Sequence record: SRR2962707_660
DNA: 20,593 nucleotides
Reading direction: 5' to 3' (one strand)
Position numbers and translations under genes: made by a program. Under the pieces are notes generated by a model. It saw only the letters and a program-made list of their open reading frames with translations. It was not told the origin of the DNA and ran no database searches. Position 1 is the first letter of the stretch, and each line of letters starts with the position of its first letter. Positions 16,184-20,593 of this stretch are shown here, piece after piece.

Positions 16184-17278
16184 TCAGCGCCAGGGCTCGA
16201 CCAGAATCTTCGCGTGCTTTTCGGGGCTGCCGAGTTCGGTAAAGGCTTCCTTCACGCCATCAATGCCGACCTTGCCGGTGACGAGCGGCGAGCCGTCGAT
16301 CTTGCCGTCGGCGAGATGCGTCAGCGTCAGCGCGAACTCCTCCGGCGTATAGCCGAGCACGAACTGCACGTTCAGTTCCTTGTTGATGCCGAAGAACGGC
16401 TCGAACCGGTCCTGCTCCATGCAGACGCCGACCACGACCACACGCGCGAAGCGCGGCGCGCCTTCGAAAATCTGCTGGATGACGCCCGGCACGCCGACGC
16501 ATTCGAAAATGACACCGGGGCGCATCTTCGGGCCCATACCGAGCAGCGTCATGATGTTTTCCGGGTCAAAGCCTTCCGGCGTCGCTTCCTGCGTCCAGCG
16601 CGCGTAAGGCGCATCCACTTTCGGATCGAGCACGATGTCGGCGCCCATCTGTTCGGCGAGCTTGCGCCGCGCGGGGCTGAAATCCGCCGCGATGATCGGG
16701 TGGACGCCCTTGATCTTGAGGCCGGCGATCACCGCAAGGCCGACGGGCCCGCAGCCGATCACCAGCGGAACATCTTCCTTCGTCAGGTTTGCCTTCTCGA
16801 CCGCATGCCAGCCGACCGCCATCGGCTCGGTCAGCGCCGCCTGCTCCGTCGGCAGCCCGTTCGGCACTTCGAGCAGCATCAGCTCGTTCAGCACCATCTG
16901 CTCGGCAAAGCCGCCGGGCTTGTCGTTGGAATAGCCGACGGGATGCATCTTCGCCTTCTCGCCGTTCATCGTGATGGCGATGGGCATGGAGCAGATCCGC
17001 GTACCGGGCTTCAGCTTCTTCTCCGTGCCGGGCCCGTGGTCCAGCACCTCGGCGCAGAACTCATGTCCGAACACGATGTCCTTCTTCGTGTCCATGCCGA
17101 AAGCCGAACCGGAACGCTTCGCCTGTTCCACCATCTTGTCGGCATGGTGAAAGGCGTGGAGGTCGGAGCCGCAAATGCCGCAGGCAAGCGTCTTCACCAG
17201 CACCTGCCCCGCGTCGGGGGTGGGTTCGGGCATCTCGTCGGCGACGAGATCGCCGTTGCGGAAAATGGCTGCACGCAT
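16184..17278 (-). CDS. Zinc-dependent medium-chain dehydrogenase/reductase, ~364 aa
   Basis: Start MRAAIFRNG with GGAGG RBS. Catalytic Zn motifs CGICGSDLH and GHE, TEPMAVG, and Rossmann GCGPVG. The four-Cys structural Zn lobe is absent. Confidence 0.92.
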   Translation of the reverse strand: MRAAIFRNGDLVADEMPEPTPDAGQVLVKTLACGICGSDLHAFHHADKMVEQAKRSGSAFGMDTKKDIVFGHEFCAEVLDHGPGTEKKLKPGTRICSMPIAITMNGEKAKMHPVGYSNDKPGGFAEQMVLNELMLLEVPNGLPTEQAALTEPMAVGWHAVEKANLTKEDVPLVIGCGPVGLAVIAGLKIKGVHPIIAADFSPARRKLAEQMGADIVLDPKVDAPYARWTQEATPEGFDPENIMTLLGMGPKMRPGVIFECVGVPGVIQQIFEGAPRFARVVVVGVCMEQDRFEPFFGINKELNVQFVLGYTPEEFALTLTHLADGKIDGSPLVTGKVGIDGVKEAFTELGSPEKHAKILVEPWR

Positions 17279-17346
17279 GGGGACGGTCCTCCGGATGTTC
17301 TGTTTTGCCGGTATGCAAGCAGGCAGAGGGCCCCTGTGCAAGCAAT

Positions 17347-17655
17347 TTATAGACTACGGTCCAGTAATCGCGCGGCTGCCGCAGCGGCGCGCAGGCGTCG
17401 TCGTGCAGCCAGCGTATTCCCCGCCACGATGATGAGGATCGGCAGGGCGAGAAACAGCGTCACGCTGTTCGCGCCGATCAGCGCATAGTCGCCGAGATGA
17501 AGCCCGTGCAGTAGCCAGAAAACGATCCCCGCCGTCATGCAGGCATACATCGCAAGCGAGACGCCCGACGTATCGCGCGTCTTTATTGTCTTCACCGCCT
17601 GCGGCAGAAAGGCGAATGTCGTGAGGAAGGCGGCGATGTAGCCAATATTGTCCAT
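17347..17655 (-). CDS. SemiSWEET (PQ-loop / MtN3) sugar transporter, 102 aa
   Basis: IGYIAAFLTTFAFLPQAVKTIKTRDTSGVS, conserved Trp (FWLLHG) and Asn (GANSVT), and three TM helices. Confidence 0.9.
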   Translation of the reverse strand: MDNIGYIAAFLTTFAFLPQAVKTIKTRDTSGVSLAMYACMTAGIVFWLLHGLHLGDYALIGANSVTLFLALPILIIVAGNTLAARRRLRAAAAAARLLDRSL

Positions 17656-17729
17656 GATGAAGGCACCGGGCGAACGGGAAACGATGCCGCGCATATGATG
17701 CCCGGCCGTCATGCTTGGCAAGCGCCGTC

Positions 17730-18827
17730 CTAGTCCGCCGCCACCCAGCCTTGCATCGCCGCCGCCTCGTGGCGCACGCGCTCGGGCGACCCCAGCAACT
17801 GCCGGTCGAGCCCGATCCGCTTGAACCAGTAGTGAAGCCCGAGCAGGTCGGTAAAGCCCATGCCGCCATGAACTTCCGTCGCGGTGCGCGCGACGAAGCG
17901 GCCGATTTCCGCCGTATGCGCCTTGGCATGGGCCGCCATCAGGCTCGCCTCGTCGGGCATCGCGTCGAAGGCATGCGCCGCATACCAGACGAGCGAGCGG
18001 CAAGGCTCAAGCTCCGCCGCCATCTCCGCGCAGAGATGCTTCACCGCCTGGAACGACGCAATGACGCGGCCGAACTGCTTGCGCTCGCCCGCATACTCGA
18101 CCGCCTTGTCGATCATCATCCACCCGGCGCCGAGCGTATCGGCGGCAAGCATCACCCGGCCCGCATCGATCACACGGCGAAGTGTCGCCGCGGCATCGCC
18201 GGACGAAAGCGCTTCCGCTTCCACATTTTCGAACTGAAGTTCGGTAAGTGTCCGCGTGAGGTCGATGGAGGTAAGCGCCACTTTCGTGAGCCCCTTCGCG
18301 TCGCCCTTCACGAGATGAAGCCCGCCCGCCTTGTCGGCGACGACGAGGACGTCAGCCTCTGCCGCGTCGAGCGCGAACAGCGCCTTGCCGCTGAGCTTGC
18401 CGCCCGCCGCCGTCACGCCCGCGCCGTCACGCGCACCGGCAGCCGCTTCGGCAATCGCGACACCGGCAATCGCCTCGCCGCTCGCGAGCTTCGGCAGCCA
18501 TGCCTCCTGCTGCGCCTTCGATCCTGCGCCCGCAATTGCAATCGGCGCCATCACGCTTGTACCGATGAAGGGCGCAGGCGCGACATACCGCCCGAGCATC
18601 TCTGCAACAAGCGCCGCATCGAGCAGCGTCATGCCCATACCGCCATGCGCCTCCGGCACCAGCATGCCCGGCACACCGAGTTCCTTCAGCGCGGCCCAGA
18701 TGTCATCCGCATGAGGCTCCCGTGCTTCCGCCACCTTCCGCACGCGCTCCAGCGGCGAGACTTTCTCAAGTGTGCCGCGCACGCTCTCCTGAAGCAGCTT
18801 CTGGTCTTCCGACAATCCGAATTCCAT
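17730..18827 (-). CDS. Acyl-CoA dehydrogenase family protein (short, likely non-catalytic partner subunit)
   Basis: MEFGLSEDQKLL, YAGERKQFGRVIASFQAVKH and EVHGGMGFT. Lacks the canonical EPxxGSD and NGxKxW motifs. Confidence 0.9.
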   Translation of the reverse strand: MEFGLSEDQKLLQESVRGTLEKVSPLERVRKVAEAREPHADDIWAALKELGVPGMLVPEAHGGMGMTLLDAALVAEMLGRYVAPAPFIGTSVMAPIAIAGAGSKAQQEAWLPKLASGEAIAGVAIAEAAAGARDGAGVTAAGGKLSGKALFALDAAEADVLVVADKAGGLHLVKGDAKGLTKVALTSIDLTRTLTELQFENVEAEALSSGDAAATLRRVIDAGRVMLAADTLGAGWMMIDKAVEYAGERKQFGRVIASFQAVKHLCAEMAAELEPCRSLVWYAAHAFDAMPDEASLMAAHAKAHTAEIGRFVARTATEVHGGMGFTDLLGLHYWFKRIGLDRQLLGSPERVRHEAAAMQGWVAAD

Positions 18828-18838
18828 ATGTCCGCTCC

Positions 18839-20032
18839 TTACGCTTTTGCCGGCTTCGGCTCGCGCGGCATGCCGAGCCCGCGTTCCGAAATGATGTTCT
18901 TCTGAATCTGCGCCGTGCCGCCGCCGATGATGAGACCGAGGTCGAACATGTAGCGTTGCTGCCAGCTCCCATGCGCGCGCAGATGCGGGCTGTCGCCGTA
19001 AAGCACGCCGATTTCGCCGAGTGCGTCGATGGCAAGCGCCGCAAGTTGATGATTGATCTCGCAGCCCTGCAGCTTCACGATCAGCCGCGCAATGCCCGGG
19101 TCTTCGCCTTTCGATGCGGCGGTGAGCAAGCGCAGCCCGTGAAACTGCATCGCGAAAACCCGCGCCTGCAACTGCATCAGCCGGTCGCGATAGACGGGAT
19201 GATCGATCAGCCGCGCGCCGTCCACCGTCTCCTCATGCATCAGGTCGACGATTTCCTTCAGCCGCGTGCCCGCCTGGTTTGGATCGCCGAGCATACCGCG
19301 CTCATGCTTCAGCGTGGCGTTGGCAACGAACCAGCCCTGCCCGCGCCCCGCGACAATGTCCTTCTGCGGCACGCGCACATCGGTGAAGAACACTTCGTTG
19401 AACTCGGCATGGCCCGTCATCGTGGTCAGAGGCCGCACCTCGATACCCGGCGTCGTCATCGGGAAGATGAGATACGAAATCCCCTCATGCTTCTTCGCGT
19501 CGGGTTCCGTCCGCACGAGGCAGAAAATCATGTCGGAGGCATGCGCCGTCGATGTCCAGATTTTCTGTCCGTTGATGATGAAGTCGTCGCCGTCTTCCGT
19601 CGCCTTCGTCTGCAGCGAGGCAAGGTCCGAGCCCGAGCCCGGCTCGGAATAGCCCTGGCACCAGACCACCTCGCCTTTCAGCGTCGGTTCGATCCATTTC
19701 TTCTTCTGTTCTTCCGTGCCGAGTTCCAGCAGCGTGGGCACCAGCATCGAGATGCCCTGGCTCGCGAGCCCCATCGGCAGCTTCGCGCGCGTGAACTCAT
19801 CCGCGATGATCCGCGACTTCAAAATGTCGGGCTCCGCGCCATAGCCGCCATATTCCTTCGGGATCGTCCGGGCGGCATAGCCATGCTCCATCAGCAGCTT
19901 CTGCCACGCGATCGACTCTTCGGAGGGCCGCGACACGCCGAAGCGTTTAGGCGCCTTGTCCTTGTTCTTCGCGATGAAGTCGCGCACTTGCGTGCGGAAG
20001 GCCTCGTATTCGGGCCCGTAGGCGAGATCCAT
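18839..20032 (-). CDS. Acyl-CoA dehydrogenase family protein (likely catalytic subunit)
   Basis: Motifs WCQGYSEPGSGSDLASL, INGQKIWTS, FNEVFFTDVRVP, TLKHERG and GGGTAQIQKNIISER. GGGAGA RBS. Confidence 0.93.
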   Translation of the reverse strand: MDLAYGPEYEAFRTQVRDFIAKNKDKAPKRFGVSRPSEESIAWQKLLMEHGYAARTIPKEYGGYGAEPDILKSRIIADEFTRAKLPMGLASQGISMLVPTLLELGTEEQKKKWIEPTLKGEVVWCQGYSEPGSGSDLASLQTKATEDGDDFIINGQKIWTSTAHASDMIFCLVRTEPDAKKHEGISYLIFPMTTPGIEVRPLTTMTGHAEFNEVFFTDVRVPQKDIVAGRGQGWFVANATLKHERGMLGDPNQAGTRLKEIVDLMHEETVDGARLIDHPVYRDRLMQLQARVFAMQFHGLRLLTAASKGEDPGIARLIVKLQGCEINHQLAALAIDALGEIGVLYGDSPHLRAHGSWQQRYMFDLGLIIGGGTAQIQKNIISERGLGMPREPKPAKA

Positions 20033-20092
20033 ATGACGTCTCCCGGCGGCGCGGCGTCGTGGCCCGCGCTCTGTTCTGGTTTGCTGACCGGA

Positions 20093-20120
20093 AGCTTAGC
20101 CTCCCTAACGTTCTCGTGAA
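20093..20120 (-). promoter_or_regulatory. Candidate sigma70 promoter for the acyl-CoA dehydrogenase operon (TTCACG-N16-TAAGCT)
   Basis: Minus strand reads TTCACG AGAACGTTAGGGAGGC TAAGCT, ~60 bp upstream of ATG 20032. Confidence 0.35.
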
Positions 20121-20184
20121 AGAGCCGCCCGCTCGCGAGGAAAAATCGCGCGGTGCCGCAACGTCGGATTGGGAGAAGAAGAGA

Positions 20185-20592
20185 TCAGGCGACCGAGCCC
20201 TTGGGGCGCTCTGAGCTCTTGGGGCGCTCTGAGCCTTTGGGCGCTTCCGCGATTTCCGCGGAGCCTTCGATGACCGTTCTGCGAAGCCCGGCTGCGGGCG
20301 AATTGCGCAGGAACACCTCGAACTCCGCCGCCGGCATCGGCCGCCCGGCGAAATAGCCCTGCACTTCGTCGCAGCCAAGCTCGCGCAGCACATCGTACTG
20401 GTCCGCTGTCTCGACGCCCTCCGCGATAACCTTCACGCCGAGCGCATGCGCAAGGTCGATGATGACCTTCGGAATGACATGTCCGTCGCGACGGTCCGCG
20501 ACATCCTGCACGAAGCTGCGGTCGATCTTCAGCCGCTTCACGGGGAAGCGCTTGAGATAAGCGAGCGATGAATAGCCGGTGCCGAAATCGTC
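20185..20592 (-). CDS. EAL-domain c-di-GMP phosphodiesterase, C-terminal part (5'-truncated by the window edge)
   Basis: Frame reads DDFGTGYSSLAYLKRFPVKRLKIDRSFV...AEGVET...GCDEVQGYFAGRP. Confidence 0.93.
   Translation of the reverse strand, partial: DDFGTGYSSLAYLKRFPVKRLKIDRSFVQDVADRRDGHVIPKVIIDLAHALGVKVIAEGVETADQYDVLRELGCDEVQGYFAGRPMPAAEFEVFLRNSPAAGLRRTVIEGSAEIAEAPKGSERPKSSERPKGSVA
20195..20245. repeat. 18-bp tandem repeat, ~2.8 copies, in frame in the tail of the EAL gene
   Basis: GAGCCCTTGGGGCGCTCT / GAGCTCTTGGGGCGCTCT / GAGCCTTTGGGCGCT, encoding PKGSER-PKSSER-PKGS. Confidence 0.85.
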
Positions 20593-20593
20593 G

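Noticed and set aside
20195-20245. Tandem repeat as a CRISPR remnant
   Set aside because: There are no spacers, the unit is only 18 bp, it lies in frame within a CDS, and no cas genes are present.

Overview
GC-rich (roughly 65% by eye) chromosomal segment that looks alphaproteobacterial; a Parvibaculum-like origin is my inference from gene content. Left to right it holds: the 3' tip of an upstream gene; a small Cys-containing SH3-like ORF; a minus-strand two-gene operon; a scrambled heptose-activation cluster (gmhA, hldE, gmhB) interrupted by a lower-GC CPBP/CAAX-family protease; a rhomboid protease; an orphan ctaG/cox11 divergent from a TonB-dependent receptor; cardiolipin synthase; a yqjD/yqjE-like pair plus a glycine-zipper lipoprotein; a GST; a Zn-dependent MDR dehydrogenase; a SemiSWEET; a pair of acyl-CoA dehydrogenases that look heteromeric; and the 3' end of an EAL-domain gene. 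The two-gene operon is the most notable element. It encodes a TPR + beta-barrel outer-membrane protein (Slam/DUF560, type XI secretion-like) and a 1011-aa non-lipidated secreted protein made of a FecR-like domain followed by three diverged ~250-aa handle+barrel (TbpB/hemophilin-like) repeats. I found no RNA genes, mobile elements or CRISPR arrays. All family calls come from motif recognition by eye; no searches were run.
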